Source: Chitinophagales bacterium (GTDB taxonomy: Bacteria; Bacteroidota; Bacteroidia; Chitinophagales; JADIYW01). Taken from it: 64,000 bases of DNA. Made by a program: the position numbers and the translations under genes. The first letter of the stretch is position 1; each line of letters begins with the position of its first letter. Below, one piece after another: positions 11,068 through 22,585 of this stretch. The notes under the pieces are model-generated. The model was not told the origin of the DNA and ran no database searches. It worked only from the letters and a program-made list of their open reading frames with translations. The stretch is taken from NCBI GenBank assembly GCA_020636545.1, contig JACJXS010000015.1:43596-107595 (forward strand). The letters are read 5' to 3'.

Positions 11068-11685
11068 ATGAAAGGATTAATAGGAACTAAAATAGGAATG
11101 ACTAGTATCTTCGGAGAGCAAGGTCAAATTATCCCATGTACTGTTATTGAGGCTGGACCATGTGTAGTTACTCAAATTAAATCAAAAGCTAAAGATGGCT
11201 ATGATGCAGTGCAAATAGGATATGGTACTAAAAAAGAAAAAAATACAACTAAAGCTTTAAAAGGTCATTTTGAAAAAGCACAAACTGCACCTAAATCTAA
11301 ATTAGTTGAATTTAGAGGTACTTTTGATGTTGAATTAGGAGCAGTAGTTTCTACAGATATATTAAAAGAAGGTGATAAAATTAGTATTAGTGCCAATTCT
11401 AAAGGAAAAGGATTTCAAGGTGTTGTAAAAAGACATAACTTTAGTGGAGTTGGTGGACAAACTCATGGTCAGCATAATAGATTAAGATCTCCTGGTTCTA
11501 TCGGAGCTTGTTCAACGCCTTCAAGAGTTTTTAAAGGTATGAAAATGGGTGGTAGAATGGGAAATGAAACTGTTAAATTACCAGGTTCTAAAATTATCAA
11601 AATTATTCCTGAACAAAATTATATTATAGTAAAAGGTTCTGTTCCTGGACATAATGGTGCAATTGTAGTATTAGAAAAGAAATAA
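11068..11685 (+). CDS. rplC: 50S ribosomal protein L3
   Basis: GLIGTKIGMT.. matches L3; S10-operon order. Confidence 0.97.
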   Translation: MKGLIGTKIGMTSIFGEQGQIIPCTVIEAGPCVVTQIKSKAKDGYDAVQIGYGTKKEKNTTKALKGHFEKAQTAPKSKLVEFRGTFDVELGAVVSTDILKEGDKISISANSKGKGFQGVVKRHNFSGVGGQTHGQHNRLRSPGSIGACSTPSRVFKGMKMGGRMGNETVKLPGSKIIKIIPEQNYIIVKGSVPGHNGAIVVLEKK

Positions 11686-11723
11686 AAATCTATTTGTTTA
11701 ATAAGCAAATTACATAAGAAGAG

Positions 11724-12356
11724 ATGAAAGTAGATGTATATAATAAATTAGGTCAATCCACTGGACGCCAAGTAGAGCTCCCAGATTCAATTTTTGCAAT
11801 TGAACCAAATGAGCACGTTATCTATTTAGCTGTAAAACAATACTTAGCTAATAGAAGAAGTGGTACGCACAAAACTTTAGAAAAATCTGAAATTTCAGGT
11901 TCTACTAGAAAGTTACATAAACAAAAAGGAACTGGAGGTTCAAGAAAAGGTAGTATCAAAAATCCATTATTTAGAGGTGGTGCAAGAATTTTTGGACCAA
12001 GACCTAGAAACTATGGTTTTAAATTGAATAAAAAGGTTAAAGAATTAGCAAAATATTCTGCTTTATCTGCAAAAGTTGCTTCTAATTCTATTAAAGTAAT
12101 CGAAGATTTTTCAATGGAAGCTCCTAAAACTAAAGAATATATCAATTTATTAAAAGGTTTTGGATTAGAAAACAAAAAGTCATTATTAATTATGCCTGAA
12201 TTAAATGATAATATCTACTTATCATCTAGAAATATTCAAGGTGCTGGTTTATCTGATATTGCAAGTTTAAATACTTATGATATCATGAATAATAGTATGA
12301 TATTATTGAGTGAGAAATCAGTGGAAGCATTGTCTAACCAAATAGAAAACAATTAA
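11724..12356 (+). CDS. rplD: 50S ribosomal protein L4
   Basis: L4 sequence and operon order. Confidence 0.96.
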   Translation: MKVDVYNKLGQSTGRQVELPDSIFAIEPNEHVIYLAVKQYLANRRSGTHKTLEKSEISGSTRKLHKQKGTGGSRKGSIKNPLFRGGARIFGPRPRNYGFKLNKKVKELAKYSALSAKVASNSIKVIEDFSMEAPKTKEYINLLKGFGLENKKSLLIMPELNDNIYLSSRNIQGAGLSDIASLNTYDIMNNSMILLSEKSVEALSNQIENN

Positions 12357-12359
12357 GAG

Positions 12360-12650
12360 ATGGGAATTTTAAAGAAACCTTTAATAACGGAGAAATCTCA
12401 GAAACTTCAAGATTCTTCAAAAAAATATACTTTTATTGTTGATAAAAAAGCGAATAAAGTAGCGATTAAAAGAGCAATAGAAGAAATGTATGGAGTGAAT
12501 GTAGCTGAAGTGAATACGAATACAATGCCATCAAAACCAAAATCTAAATATACTAAAAGTAATATTATTTCTGGTAGAAGAGGTAGCTATAAAAAAGCAG
12601 TTATTTCTTTATCTGCTGGCGAAGAAATTGATTTTTATACTGATTTATAA
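12360..12650 (+). CDS. rplW: 50S ribosomal protein L23
   Basis: L23 sequence and operon order. Confidence 0.96.
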   Translation: MGILKKPLITEKSQKLQDSSKKYTFIVDKKANKVAIKRAIEEMYGVNVAEVNTNTMPSKPKSKYTKSNIISGRRGSYKKAVISLSAGEEIDFYTDL

Positions 12651-12671
12651 GATAAGAAAGAATAACAAGAG

Positions 12672-13499
12672 ATGGCAACAAAAAAATTTACACCAATAAC
12701 TCCAGGTCTTCGCTTTAAGGTTGCGAATGCATATACGGAAATTACTACTGATAAACCAGAAAAATCTTTGATAGCTCCTATCAAAAGAAGTGGTGGTAGA
12801 AATCAGAAAGGTGCGATGACTATGCGTTATATTGGAGGTGGTCATAAAAAACAATATAGAATTATTGATTTTAAAAGAGATAAAGCAGGAGTTCCTGCAA
12901 CTGTGAAAACAGTTGAATATGATCCTAATAGATCGGCATTCATTGCTTTATTATTTTATAAAGATGGAGAAAAAAGATACATTATTGCACCTGAAGGAAT
13001 TGAAGTTGGACAAGAAGTTGTATCTGGAGAAAAAGTTGCACCAGAAGTTGGGAATGCTTTACAATTGAAAAATATGCCTTTAGGTACGATTATTCATAAT
13101 ATTGAAATGCAACCAGGTAGAGGAGCTGCTATTTGTAGAAGTGCTGGAACATTTGCTCAATTGACAGGTAAAGAAGGCAAGTATGCTATCATTAAATTAC
13201 CATCAGGTGAATCAAGAATGATTTTAGCAACATGTATTGCTACTGTTGGTTCTGTATCTAACTCTGATCATAGCTTATTGATTATGGGTAAAGCAGGTGC
13301 TAACAGATGGAAAGGTAGAAGACCAAGAACTAGACCAGTAGTGATGAACCCAGTAGATCACCCAATGGGTGGTGGTGAAGGTAGAGCTTCTGGAGGTTTA
13401 CCACGTTCAAGAAATGGTATTATGGCTAAAGGTCAAAAAACTAGAGATAAGAAAAAAGCATCAAGTAAATATATAATTTCAAGAAGAAAATCTAAGTAA
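12672..13499 (+). CDS. rplB: 50S ribosomal protein L2
   Basis: ..[13 protein letters not shown].. is an L2 signature. Confidence 0.97.
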   Translation: MATKKFTPITPGLRFKVANAYTEITTDKPEKSLIAPIKRSGGRNQKGAMTMRYIGGGHKKQYRIIDFKRDKAGVPATVKTVEYDPNRSAFIALLFYKDGEKRYIIAPEGIEVGQEVVSGEKVAPEVGNALQLKNMPLGTIIHNIEMQPGRGAAICRSAGTFAQLTGKEGKYAIIKLPSGESRMILATCIATVGSVSNSDHSLLIMGKAGANRWKGRRPRTRPVVMNPVDHPMGGGEGRASGGLPRSRNGIMAKGQKTRDKKKASSKYIISRRKSK

Positions 13500-13508
13500 T
13501 AAAATACT

Positions 13509-13775
13509 ATGGCAAGAAGTTTAAAAAAAGGTCCTTACGTTGCTTTCCATCTACAAGAAAAAGTAGATGCAATGAACGGAGCAAATAAAAAGAATGTAAT
13601 TAAAACATGGTCAAGAGCATCAATGATTACACCTGATTTTGTAGGACATACATTTGCAGTACACAATGGAAATAAATTTATTCCTGTATATGTAACAGAA
13701 AATATGGTAGGACATAAGTTGGGAGAATTTTCACCTACTAGACAATTTAAAGGACATTCAGGTAACAGAAAATAG
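13509..13775 (+). CDS. rpsS: 30S ribosomal protein S19
   Basis: [11 protein letters not shown].. matches S19. Confidence 0.97.
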   Translation: MARSLKKGPYVAFHLQEKVDAMNGANKKNVIKTWSRASMITPDFVGHTFAVHNGNKFIPVYVTENMVGHKLGEFSPTRQFKGHSGNRK

Positions 13776-13784
13776 TAAATAACA

Positions 13785-14213
13785 ATGGGAGCTAGAAAAA
13801 GATTATCAGCAGAGGCTAGAAAAGCAGAAAATAAACAAATTTGTACTGCACAAGCAATTGCTGTTCCAACATCACCTCGTAAAATGAGACTTGTTGCAGA
13901 TATAATTAGAGGTAGAAATGTGGATGAAGCATTAAATATTTTAACATTTTCATCTAAACATGCATCTATTACATTAGAAAAATTATTGCGTTCTGCAATT
14001 GCAAATTGGGAACAAAAATTTAATTCTTCTGCTGCTGACAGTCAATTATTTGTAGAATCAGTATCTGTTGATGGTGGTAGAGTATTAAAAAGATTTCAAC
14101 CAGCACCACAAGGTAGAGCTTACAGAATTAGAAAACGTTCTAATCATATCCAGCTTACTTTAGCAAGTAAAAATCAAAATAATGTTGTAGAATCTAATCA
14201 AGAAAATAATTAA
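13785..14213 (+). CDS. rplV: 50S ribosomal protein L22
   Basis: L22 core with a short C-terminal extension; operon order. Confidence 0.95.
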   Translation: MGARKRLSAEARKAENKQICTAQAIAVPTSPRKMRLVADIIRGRNVDEALNILTFSSKHASITLEKLLRSAIANWEQKFNSSAADSQLFVESVSVDGGRVLKRFQPAPQGRAYRIRKRSNHIQLTLASKNQNNVVESNQENN

Positions 14214-14219
14214 GAATTA

Positions 14220-14990
14220 ATGGGACAAAAAGCAAATCCAATAGTAAATCGTTTAGGTATCACAAGAGGTTGGGACTCTAATTGGTATGGTGGAAAAGAT
14301 TTCAGCGATAAATTAGTTGAAGATTTCAAAATACGTAAATACTTAAATGCCCGTATTCAAAAAGGTGGAGTTTCTAAAATTATCATCGAAAGAACTTTAA
14401 ACAAAATTACTATTTCTATTCATACATCTCGTCCAGGTATCATCATTGGAAAAGGTGGAGGTGAAGTTGATAAGATCAAAGAGGAAATTAAAAAAATTAC
14501 AAATAAGGAAGTTCAAATCAATATCGTTGAGATAAAACGACCTGAAGTAGATGCTGCAATCGTTGGCGAAACAATATGTAAGCAATTAGAAGCTCGTGTG
14601 AATTTCAGAAGAGCGGTAAAAATGGCTATTGCATCAGCAATGAGATTAGGTGTTGAAGGAATTAAAGTTAAATGTTCTGGTAGATTAGGTGGTGCTGAGA
14701 TGGCAAGAAGTGAAGAATATAAAGAGGGAAGAACACCATTACATACATTCAGAGCTGATATTGATTATGCTCATAAAGAAGCAAATACAATTTATGGTAT
14801 CATCGGTGTTAAAGTTTGGATTTGTAAAGGCGAAGTTTTATCAAAAAGAGATTTTTCACAAAATATTGTTGGTGATGAACAAAAAAGAGCACCAAGAGGC
14901 GTAGATAAGAGAGCACCAAGAGGCGATAGAAACGACAGAAATGATAGAAGATCAGGTGGCGGTGAAAGAAGAGAAAGAAAAAGTAAATAA
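14220..14990 (+). CDS. rpsC: 30S ribosomal protein S3
   Basis: [14 protein letters not shown] matches S3, with a basic repetitive C-terminal tail (KRAPRG x2, RNDRNDRR). Confidence 0.97.
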   Translation: MGQKANPIVNRLGITRGWDSNWYGGKDFSDKLVEDFKIRKYLNARIQKGGVSKIIIERTLNKITISIHTSRPGIIIGKGGGEVDKIKEEIKKITNKEVQINIVEIKRPEVDAAIVGETICKQLEARVNFRRAVKMAIASAMRLGVEGIKVKCSGRLGGAEMARSEEYKEGRTPLHTFRADIDYAHKEANTIYGIIGVKVWICKGEVLSKRDFSQNIVGDEQKRAPRGVDKRAPRGDRNDRNDRRSGGGERRERKSK

Positions 14991-15016
14991 TAATTATAAA
15001 TCATTAACTTAGTAAA

Positions 15017-15439
15017 ATGTTACAACCTAAGAGAGTAAAATTTAGAAGAGTTCAGAAAGGTAGAAATACTGGTAATGCTGGTAGAGGCTTTGAATTGGCT
15101 TTCGGTTCTTTCGGCTTAAAGTCTTTAGATGAAGGAAGAATTACAAATAGACAAATTGAAGCTGCACGTATTGCTCTTACTAGAAATATGAAGAGAGAAG
15201 GTAAAGTTTGGATTAAAATATTCCCAGATAAACCTATAACTAAAAAACCTGCTGAAGTACGTATGGGTAAAGGTAAAGGTGCTTTAGATCATTGGGTTGC
15301 TTTAGTTCAGCCTGGAAGACTTTTATTTGAGATTGAGGGTGTTTCTAAACAATTAGCTCAAGAATCATTAGAACTTGCAGCACAAAAACTACCAATTAAA
15401 GTTAAATTTGTAGTTAGAAGAGATTATGATGGCCAATAA
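15017..15439 (+). CDS. rplP: 50S ribosomal protein L16
   Basis: [11 protein letters not shown].. matches L16. Confidence 0.97.
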   Translation: MLQPKRVKFRRVQKGRNTGNAGRGFELAFGSFGLKSLDEGRITNRQIEAARIALTRNMKREGKVWIKIFPDKPITKKPAEVRMGKGKGALDHWVALVQPGRLLFEIEGVSKQLAQESLELAAQKLPIKVKFVVRRDYDGQ

Positions 15440-15451
15440 AATATAATTAAG

Positions 15452-15664
15452 ATGTCAAAGAATAAATTATATACAGAAATAGCTAATACAAGTACTGAAG
15501 CATTACAAAGTGAATTTACTGCTGCTAAAATGAGATTAACTAAAATGAAATTCAATCATGCAGTTAGCCCTCTTGAAGATACAAGTGTATTGAAAAAAGC
15601 TAAAAAGGAAATTGCTAGAATGGCAACTGAATTGAATAAAAGAAAATTATCTAACCAAGCATAA
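15452..15664 (+). CDS. rpmC: 50S ribosomal protein L29
   Basis: Size, position and helical L29-like sequence. Confidence 0.92.
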   Translation: MSKNKLYTEIANTSTEALQSEFTAAKMRLTKMKFNHAVSPLEDTSVLKKAKKEIARMATELNKRKLSNQA

Positions 15665-15675
15665 AAAAGCAAGAT

Positions 15676-15948
15676 ATGTCTGCTGAGCAAACGATAGAAA
15701 GAAAAGAAAGAAAAACCAGAATTGGTGTTGTTGAATCTAATAAGATGAACAAAACGATTACTGTAAAAGTTGAAAGAAAAATTCAACATCCTAAGTATGG
15801 GAAATACTTGAAAAAAAGTAAATCATTCCATGCTCATGATGAGAATAATGAATGCAATGAAGGAGATACAGTAAAAATAATGGAAACTCGACCATTAAGT
15901 AAAACCAAACGTTGGAGATTAGTTGAAATTTTAGAAAGAGCGAAATAA
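15676..15948 (+). CDS. rpsQ: 30S ribosomal protein S17
   Basis: ..[23 protein letters not shown].. matches S17. Confidence 0.96.
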   Translation: MSAEQTIERKERKTRIGVVESNKMNKTITVKVERKIQHPKYGKYLKKSKSFHAHDENNECNEGDTVKIMETRPLSKTKRWRLVEILERAK

Positions 15949-15949
15949 C

Positions 15950-16318
15950 ATGATACAGTCAGAATCTAGATTAAAAGTTGCAGATAACAGCGGAGCAAAA
16001 GAAGTACTTTGTATCCGTGTCCTTAAAGGATCTAAATCAAGATACGCAAGTATCGGTGATAAGATAGTTGTATCTGTTAAAAGTGCCGCACCAAACGGTA
16101 ACGTTAAGAAGAAACAAGTTTCTAAAGCAGTAATTGTACGTACTAAGAAGGAAATTAAAAGAAAAGACGGTTCTTATATCAGATTTGATGATAATGCTGT
16201 TGTTCTTTTAAACAACCAAGATGAGCCTCGTGCAAGCCGTATTTTTGGCCCAGTTGCTAGAGAGCTTAGAGACAAGGATTATATGAAAATTATATCATTA
16301 GCACCTGAAGTATTATAA
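15950..16318 (+). CDS. rplN: 50S ribosomal protein L14
   Basis: [18 protein letters not shown].. matches L14. Confidence 0.97.
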   Translation: MIQSESRLKVADNSGAKEVLCIRVLKGSKSRYASIGDKIVVSVKSAAPNGNVKKKQVSKAVIVRTKKEIKRKDGSYIRFDDNAVVLLNNQDEPRASRIFGPVARELRDKDYMKIISLAPEVL

Positions 16319-16320
16319 AG

Positions 16321-16659
16321 ATGAAAACAAATACACAAAAAAGGTTTGCACCTAAACTCAAAATTAAAAAAGGAGATACAGTAGTTGTTATTACTGGTGC
16401 AAGTAAAGGAAAAGAAGGCAAAGTTTTAGAAGTATATCCTACTAAGGAAAGAGTATTGGTTGAAGGCGTGAATATTGTTAAAAAACACACTAAACCAAAT
16501 GCACAAAATCAACAAGGAGGAATTGTTGAGCAAGAAGCTTCTATTCATATTTCAAATGTAAAATTAAAAGCTGGAAATACAGTTACTAGAGTTGGAAGAA
16601 AAGTTCAAGAAGATGGTAAAATTGTACGTTTCGCTAAAAAAACTGGGGAGGTAATTTAA
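16321..16659 (+). CDS. rplX: 50S ribosomal protein L24
   Basis: [22 protein letters not shown].. is a KOW motif, consistent with L24. Confidence 0.96.
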   Translation: MKTNTQKRFAPKLKIKKGDTVVVITGASKGKEGKVLEVYPTKERVLVEGVNIVKKHTKPNAQNQQGGIVEQEASIHISNVKLKAGNTVTRVGRKVQEDGKIVRFAKKTGEVI

Positions 16660-16660
16660 T

Positions 16661-17212
16661 ATGAGCTACGTAATAAGATTAAAAAAGAAGTACAAAGAAG
16701 AAGTTGTATCAAAATTAATGGAGAAGTATAATTACAAATCCATTATGCAAGTTCCAAAATTGACTAAAATTGTTGTAAACCAAGGTGTTGGTATTGCAGT
16801 GGGAGATAAGAAAATCATTGATACACAAGTTGATGAAGTAACTAGAATTACTGGTCAAAAAGCTTTATCTACTAAATCTAAGAAAGCGATTTCTAACTTC
16901 AAACTTAGAGAAAATATGCCAATTGGTGTAATGGTTACACTTAGAGGTGATAGAATGTATGAGTTTTTAGATAGATTAATTTCTGTAGCACTTCCGCAAG
17001 TTAGAGATTTCAAAGGTGTAAATGATAAATCTTTTGATGGTAGAGGTAATTATACTTTAGGTATCAAAGAACATATTATTTTCCCAGAGATAGATATCGA
17101 TAAAATTAACAGAATTAGTGGTATGGACATTACTTTTGTAACTACAGCTCAAACAGATGATGAAGCTCATGCACTATTATCTGAAATTGGAATACCATTT
17201 AAGAAAAAATAA
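16661..17212 (+). CDS. rplE: 50S ribosomal protein L5
   Basis: L5 sequence; spc-operon order. Confidence 0.96.
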   Translation: MSYVIRLKKKYKEEVVSKLMEKYNYKSIMQVPKLTKIVVNQGVGIAVGDKKIIDTQVDEVTRITGQKALSTKSKKAISNFKLRENMPIGVMVTLRGDRMYEFLDRLISVALPQVRDFKGVNDKSFDGRGNYTLGIKEHIIFPEIDIDKINRISGMDITFVTTAQTDDEAHALLSEIGIPFKKK

Positions 17213-17226
17213 AAATATCATACTAG

Positions 17227-17496
17227 ATGGCTAAAGAATCAATGAAAGCACGTGATGCGAAAAGAGCAAAACTTATCGCTAAATACAAAGAAAAACGTGA
17301 ACAATTAAAAAAAGAAGGTAACTGGGAAGAGTTAGATAAATTACCTAAAAATTCATCTCCAGTAAGATATAGAAAAAGATGTAAAATTACAGGAAGACCA
17401 AGAGGTTATGTAGGTTTCTTCGGAATTTCTAGAATTAAATTCAGAGATTTAGCTAATGAAGGCAAAATTCCTGGATTAACAAAAGCAAGTTGGTAA
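17227..17496 (+). CDS. rpsN: 30S ribosomal protein S14 (long, non-zinc form)
   Basis: 89 aa, ..[14 protein letters not shown]; it lacks the CxxC pairs. Confidence 0.95.
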   Translation: MAKESMKARDAKRAKLIAKYKEKREQLKKEGNWEELDKLPKNSSPVRYRKRCKITGRPRGYVGFFGISRIKFRDLANEGKIPGLTKASW

Positions 17497-17528
17497 AAAA
17501 AATTATAAACGTATAAAATAGAATAAAG

Positions 17529-17927
17529 ATGGTTATTGATCCTATATCAGATTATCTGACAAGAATTAGAAATGCTCAAATGGCTGGACATACCATTGTG
17601 GACATTCCTGCTTCAAATTTAAAAAAGAAATTAACAGAAATTCTTTATGAAAATGGTTATATCTTAAAATATAAATTTGAAGACGAAGGATCTCAAGGAT
17701 TGATTAAAATTGCATTAAAATATAATGCATCAACTAAAGAACCTGCAATTAGAGAGCTTTCTAGAGTGTCTAGACCAGGCTTAAGAAAATATACTCCAGC
17801 AGATGAAATTCCTCGTGTTAAAAACGGTTTAGGAATTGCAATTTTATCAACTTCAAAAGGAGTACTTACAGATAAGCAGGCACGTCAGCAAAATGTAGGT
17901 GGAGAAATTATTTGTTTAATATCATAA
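17529..17927 (+). CDS. rpsH: 30S ribosomal protein S8
   Basis: DPISDYLTRIRNA.. matches S8. Confidence 0.97.
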   Translation: MVIDPISDYLTRIRNAQMAGHTIVDIPASNLKKKLTEILYENGYILKYKFEDEGSQGLIKIALKYNASTKEPAIRELSRVSRPGLRKYTPADEIPRVKNGLGIAILSTSKGVLTDKQARQQNVGGEIICLIS

Positions 17928-17940
17928 TAAAAAATAAAGC

Positions 17941-18498
17941 ATGTCACGTATAGGTAGAGCACCAATATCAATTCCTGCAAAAACTGAGATTTCTGTTTCT
18001 GATAAAAATCTTGTTACAGTAAAAGGACCTAAAGGTACACTTACGCAACAGATTGATAGAGATATCACAGTTAAAGTAGAGGATGGTAAAATATTAGTAG
18101 AAAGACCAACAGATCAGAAAAGACATAAAGCATTACATGGCTTGTATAGAGCAATTGTACAAAATATGGTGGTAGGTGTTTCTGATGGTTTTAAGAGAGA
18201 ATTACAAGTAATTGGTGTCGGTTTTAGAGCAAGTCATCAAGGTCAATTACTTGAGTTAGCAGTTGGTTATTCACATCCAGTTTATGTATTATTACCAGAA
18301 GAAATAACTTTGAGTACTGAAACTGTGAAAGGTCAAGCACCTAAAGTACTTTTAGAAAGTTCTGATAAACAATTATTAGGTCAAGTTGCTGCAAAAATCC
18401 GAGCTATTAGAAAACCAGAACCATACAAAGGAAAAGGTATTAAGTATAGCGATGAAATCTTAAGAAAGAAAGCAGGAAAATCTGCAGGTAAAAAATAA
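17941..18498 (+). CDS. rplF: 50S ribosomal protein L6
   Basis: MSRIGRAPISIP.. matches L6. Confidence 0.97.
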   Translation: MSRIGRAPISIPAKTEISVSDKNLVTVKGPKGTLTQQIDRDITVKVEDGKILVERPTDQKRHKALHGLYRAIVQNMVVGVSDGFKRELQVIGVGFRASHQGQLLELAVGYSHPVYVLLPEEITLSTETVKGQAPKVLLESSDKQLLGQVAAKIRAIRKPEPYKGKGIKYSDEILRKKAGKSAGKK

Positions 18499-18510
18499 AA
18501 TTTAAAAGTC

Positions 18511-18864
18511 ATGTTAAGCAAAACAAAGATTACAAGAAGGCTGAAGCTTAAATATAGAATTAGAAAGAAGATTAACGGAACTTCTGAACAACCAAGACTT
18601 TGTGTATATAGAAGTAATTCAAATATATATGCTCAATTGGTAGATGATACAAAAGGAGTTACTTTATTTTCTGCTTCTTCTTCTAAACTAGATAAAGCAA
18701 ATAAAAATAAATCTCAACAAGCTGAAGAAGTTGGAAAAGCTATTGCTGAAGTAGCAAAAGCAAATAATATTTCAAAAGTAGTGTTTGATAGAAATGGATT
18801 TTTATACCATGGTAGAGTAAAAGCTTTAGCTGATGCTGCAAGAGAAAACGGACTTCAATTTTAA
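18511..18864 (+). CDS. rplR: 50S ribosomal protein L18
   Basis: ..[30 protein letters not shown].. matches L18. Confidence 0.96.
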   Translation: MLSKTKITRRLKLKYRIRKKINGTSEQPRLCVYRSNSNIYAQLVDDTKGVTLFSASSSKLDKANKNKSQQAEEVGKAIAEVAKANNISKVVFDRNGFLYHGRVKALADAARENGLQF

Positions 18865-18884
18865 TTCATAATTAAGAAAATAAA

Positions 18885-19406
18885 ATGCAATCTAAAATAA
18901 AATTTGAGAAATTCAAAGCAACTGATATCGAACTAAAAGAAAAAGTAGTGAATATCCAAAGAGTTACTAAAGTAACAAAAGGTGGTAGAACATTCAGTTT
19001 TTCAGCATTAGTTGTTGTTGGTGATGGTAATGGAACAGTTGGTTATGGTTTAGGAAAAGCTCGTGAAGTTCAAGAAGCTATTACTAAAGGAATTGATGAT
19101 GCAAAGAAAAATTTAATTAAAGTTCCTATTGTAAATGGTACAGTTCCTCATGATCAATTAGCGATATTTGATGGTGCTAAAGTATTAGTAAAGCCAGCTT
19201 CTGATGGTACAGGTGTAATCTCTGGAGGTTCAATGAGAGCTGTTTTAGAAAGTGCTGGTGTACATAACGTATTAGCTAAATCACTAGGTTCTTCTAATCC
19301 TCATAATGTAATTAAAGCTACTTTTTTAGCATTATCACAATTAAGAGATCCTTATACTGTAGCTAAAGATAGAGGTATCAAATTAAGTAAAGTATTTAAC
19401 GGATAA
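18885..19406 (+). CDS. rpsE: 30S ribosomal protein S5
   Basis: ..[26 protein letters not shown].. matches S5. Confidence 0.97.
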   Translation: MQSKIKFEKFKATDIELKEKVVNIQRVTKVTKGGRTFSFSALVVVGDGNGTVGYGLGKAREVQEAITKGIDDAKKNLIKVPIVNGTVPHDQLAIFDGAKVLVKPASDGTGVISGGSMRAVLESAGVHNVLAKSLGSSNPHNVIKATFLALSQLRDPYTVAKDRGIKLSKVFNG

Positions 19407-19412
19407 TATAAT

Positions 19413-19592
19413 ATGGCAAAGGTTAAGATAACACAAGTTAAAAGTACTATAGACAGAAATAAAAAACAAAAAGCAACAATGATTGCTTTAGGTATTAAGA
19501 AATTAAATAATTCTGTTGAAAAAGAATTAACACCACAGGTTGAAGGTATGATTAAATCTGTTGCACATTTATTAAAAATTGAAAATATATAA
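19413..19592 (+). CDS. rpmD: 50S ribosomal protein L30 (59 aa, below the ORF-track length cutoff)
   Basis: Hand translation MAKVKITQVKSTIDRNKKQKATMIALGIKKLNNSVEKELTPQVEGMIKSVAHLLKIENI*. Lies between rpsE and rplO as expected. Confidence 0.9.
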   Translation: MAKVKITQVKSTIDRNKKQKATMIALGIKKLNNSVEKELTPQVEGMIKSVAHLLKIENI

Positions 19593-19596
19593 TAAG

Positions 19597-20049
19597 ATGA
19601 GTATAGAATTGCATAATTTAAAACCTGCAGAAGGTTCAGTTCAAGGAACGAAAAGAATCGGTAGAGGACAAGGTTCTGGTTGGGGTGGAACTTCAGGAAG
19701 AGGACATAAAGGTGCTAAATCTCGTTCTGGTTATAAATCAAAAAGAGGTTTCGAAGGTGGTCAAATGCCACTACAAAGAAGAACACCTAAACGTGGTTTT
19801 AAAAATCCAAATAGAGTAGAATATCAAGTAATTAATTTAAGTAAATTACAAGAATTAGCTGATAAAAACCAAATTACTGATTTTAACTTTGAAACTTTAA
19901 GAGCACTTAGAATAATTAGTAAAACAGATAAGTTAAAAGTATTGGCTAATGGGGAATTGAAATCTTTAATCTCTATTTCAGCTCATGCATTCAGTGATAA
20001 AGCAAAAGAAACTATTGAAAAATTAGGAGGCAAAGCTTCTGTTATTTAA
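19597..20049 (+). CDS. rplO: 50S ribosomal protein L15
   Basis: The ORF-track start at 19579 overlaps rpmD. The ATG at 19597 gives MSIELHNLKPAEGS.., a typical L15 N-terminus. Confidence 0.93.
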   Translation: MSIELHNLKPAEGSVQGTKRIGRGQGSGWGGTSGRGHKGAKSRSGYKSKRGFEGGQMPLQRRTPKRGFKNPNRVEYQVINLSKLQELADKNQITDFNFETLRALRIISKTDKLKVLANGELKSLISISAHAFSDKAKETIEKLGGKASVI

Positions 20050-20056
20050 GTTATAC

Positions 20057-21403
20057 ATGAATAAATTCATAGAAGATATAAGAAACATTTTCTCGATAGT
20101 AGAATTAAGGAATAGAATATTACTTACGCTTGGTCTTTTATTTATCTATCGATTTGGTAGTTATGTTGTATTACCTGGTATTGCTCCAAATCAATTAACT
20201 CAAATTTCTTCAGAAGGTTTAATGGGTGTTTTTGATTTGTTTGCTGGTGGTGCTTTCTCTCGTTCTTCGGTTTTTGCTTTGGGTATTATGCCTTATATTT
20301 CTGCTTCAATTGTAATGCAGTTATTAACACTATCTGTTCCTTATTTTCAAAAATTACAAAAAGAAGGCGAAAGTGGACAAAAACAAATTACTCAATGGAC
20401 TAGAATTGGTACAATAGGTGTTACTTTAGTTCAAGCTGTTGCTTATGTTAAATATTTAACTTCTCCACAATTAGGTACACCAATATATCCTGGTATTAGT
20501 GCAGGTTTATTTTGGACAACTACTATAGCTTGTCTTACTGTAGGTTCTATTGTCGTAATGTGGTTAGGTGAACAAATTCAAGAAAGAGGAATTGGAAACG
20601 GCTCTTCAATCATAATCATGGCAAACATCATTTCAAGATTACCTGGTTCTTTCATGGTAGAGGTTGAAAGTAGATTCCAAGGAACAGGAGGTGGTTTATT
20701 AATGTTTATTTTAGAAATGGCATTTTTAATTGCAATTATTACTTTTACAATATTAATTATTAAAGCTGTTCGTAGAGTTCCTTTAAGTTATGCAAAGCAA
20801 TTAGTTGGCGGAGCAAATGTTCAAGCAGGAAGTAGAAGAGGTTTTTTACCATTAAAAGTAAATATTGCTGGTGTAATGCCTATTATCTTTGCACAGACAT
20901 TTTTATTGATACCTATTACGGTTGTACAATTATTTCCTCAAAGTTCAACAGCATCATTTTTAACGAAAATGACAGACCATACATCAATTCCATATAATGT
21001 ATTAACTTTTTTAATGGTATTGTTGTTTACTTATTTTTATACAGCATTAATTATGAATCCTACACAAATGGCAGATGAATTAAAGCGTAATAATGGATAT
21101 ATACCTGGTGTTAAACCTGGAGCAAGTACCGCAGAATATATTGATACAATTTTGTCAAGAATTACTTTGCCTGGTTCAGTATTCTTAGGTTTGATAGCTA
21201 TTCTACCTGCTTTTGCAAGTGGACTAGGTGTAAACTCTCAATTCTCATATTTCTTTGGTGGTACTTCTTTATTAATCTTAGTAGCAGTTGTTTTGGATAC
21301 TATGGATAGAATAGAAACCTATCTATTGAATAAACATTATGATGGATTGACAAAATCAGGCAGTAAGTTAAAAGGTAGAATTTATAGTGATTCAAATTTT
21401 TAA
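20057..21403 (+). CDS. secY: Preprotein translocase subunit SecY
   Basis: Ten-TM profile, ..GIMPYISASI..; position after rplO. Confidence 0.96.
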   Translation: MNKFIEDIRNIFSIVELRNRILLTLGLLFIYRFGSYVVLPGIAPNQLTQISSEGLMGVFDLFAGGAFSRSSVFALGIMPYISASIVMQLLTLSVPYFQKLQKEGESGQKQITQWTRIGTIGVTLVQAVAYVKYLTSPQLGTPIYPGISAGLFWTTTIACLTVGSIVVMWLGEQIQERGIGNGSSIIIMANIISRLPGSFMVEVESRFQGTGGGLLMFILEMAFLIAIITFTILIIKAVRRVPLSYAKQLVGGANVQAGSRRGFLPLKVNIAGVMPIIFAQTFLLIPITVVQLFPQSSTASFLTKMTDHTSIPYNVLTFLMVLLFTYFYTALIMNPTQMADELKRNNGYIPGVKPGASTAEYIDTILSRITLPGSVFLGLIAILPAFASGLGVNSQFSYFFGGTSLLILVAVVLDTMDRIETYLLNKHYDGLTKSGSKLKGRIYSDSNF

Positions 21404-21410
21404 ATAAATA

Positions 21411-22208
21411 ATGATTCATTATAAAACACCCGAGGAGATTGAATATATAAGAAAGAGTTCTTTACTTGTTAGCGAAACATTAGCAACTTTGGTTGAGTTT
21501 ATTAAACCTGGTCAAACGACTAAAAAAATTGATGAAATAGCTGAAGCTTTTATTAATGATCATCAGGCAAAACCTGCATTTAAAGGTTATAGAGGATTTC
21601 CTGCAACTTTGTGCATTTCTGTAAATGAAGAGGTTGTTCATGGAATACCTTCTGATAGAATTATTCAAGAAGGTGATATTTTATCGGTTGATTGTGGTGT
21701 TAAGAAAGATGGTTATTTTGGAGATTCTGCTTTTACATTTCCTGTTGGAGAAGTAAGTGCTGAAGCTAAAAAATTGCTTCGTGTTACTTTAAATGCTCTT
21801 TATTTGGGTATTGAAAAAGCAGTTGTTGGAAATAGAATAGGTGATATTTCTTATGCCATTCAAGAACATACTCAATTTAAACATAATTATGGTGTTGTAA
21901 GGGATTTAATTGGGCATGGAGTAGGAAAGAATTTGCATGAGGAACCAGATGTGCCTAATTATGGTAAGAGAGGTAAAGGATTGGTTTTGAAAGAAGGATT
22001 AACGATTGCTATTGAACCAATGATAAATTTAGGGACTCATGAAGTGAAAGTTTTAGACGATAAATGGACAATTGTAACAAGAGATGGAAGGCCATCGGCT
22101 CATTTTGAACACACAATTGCAGTAGGGAAGGGAATGCCTCAAATATTAAGTGACCATAATTTAATATTCGAAGCGATAAAAAAGTCTGATTATATTAGTG
22201 ATTTCTAG
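21411..22208 (+). CDS. map: Type I methionyl aminopeptidase
   Basis: Metal-ligand contexts ..SVDCGV..GDSAFT..GHGVG..; position after secY (no adk). Confidence 0.94.
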   Translation: MIHYKTPEEIEYIRKSSLLVSETLATLVEFIKPGQTTKKIDEIAEAFINDHQAKPAFKGYRGFPATLCISVNEEVVHGIPSDRIIQEGDILSVDCGVKKDGYFGDSAFTFPVGEVSAEAKKLLRVTLNALYLGIEKAVVGNRIGDISYAIQEHTQFKHNYGVVRDLIGHGVGKNLHEEPDVPNYGKRGKGLVLKEGLTIAIEPMINLGTHEVKVLDDKWTIVTRDGRPSAHFEHTIAVGKGMPQILSDHNLIFEAIKKSDYISDF

Positions 22209-22236
22209 ATATTTATTACGATATTTGCACTACAAT

Positions 22237-22455
22237 ATGGCTAAAACAGATTTAATAAAATTAGACGGAACGATATCAGAAGCATTATCTAATGCAATGT
22301 TTAGAGTGAAGTTGGAAAATGAACATGAAATATTGGCAACAATATCTGGTAAAATGCGTATGCACTACATCAGAATTTTGCCAGGAGATAAAGTAGCGGT
22401 AGAGATGTCGCCTTATGATTTAACAAGAGGAAGAATAACATTTAGATACAAATAA
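22237..22455 (+). CDS. infA: Translation initiation factor IF-1
   Basis: The ATG at 22237 gives [31 protein letters not shown].. (72 aa). The ORF-track N-terminal extension overlaps map. Confidence 0.95.
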   Translation: MAKTDLIKLDGTISEALSNAMFRVKLENEHEILATISGKMRMHYIRILPGDKVAVEMSPYDLTRGRITFRYK

Positions 22456-22463
22456 ATAGAAAA

Positions 22464-22580
22464 ATGAAAGTTAGAGCATCAGTAAAGAAAAGAAGCGAAG
22501 ACTGCATAGTTGTACGCAGAAAGGGCAAAATTTTTGTAATTAATAAGAAAAATCCAAAATTTAAACAAAGACAAGGTTAA
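22464..22580 (+). CDS. rpmJ: 50S ribosomal protein L36 (38 aa, below the ORF-track cutoff)
   Basis: Hand translation [38 protein letters not shown]. Single-Cys (non-zinc) form. Confidence 0.93.
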   Translation: MKVRASVKKRSEDCIVVRRKGKIFVINKKNPKFKQRQG

Positions 22581-22585
22581 TAATT

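Noticed and set aside
14860-14990. Repetitive basic C-terminal tail of S3 (KRAPRG x2, RNDRND) and similar tails on S12, L22 and L17
   Set aside because: In my recollection such extensions on ribosomal proteins are common in Bacteroidota. There is no sign of anything beyond lineage-typical low-complexity tails.
8173-16490. Short ORFs antisense to or overlapping ribosomal genes (8173-8397, 8659-8907, 9234-9521, 12645-12854, 14397-14585, 14689-14904, 14792-15004, 15556-15789, 16290-16490)
   Set aside because: All lie inside strongly conserved ribosomal protein or fusA genes on the other strand or in another frame. Their sequences are low-complexity and unrecognisable, as expected for chance ORFs.
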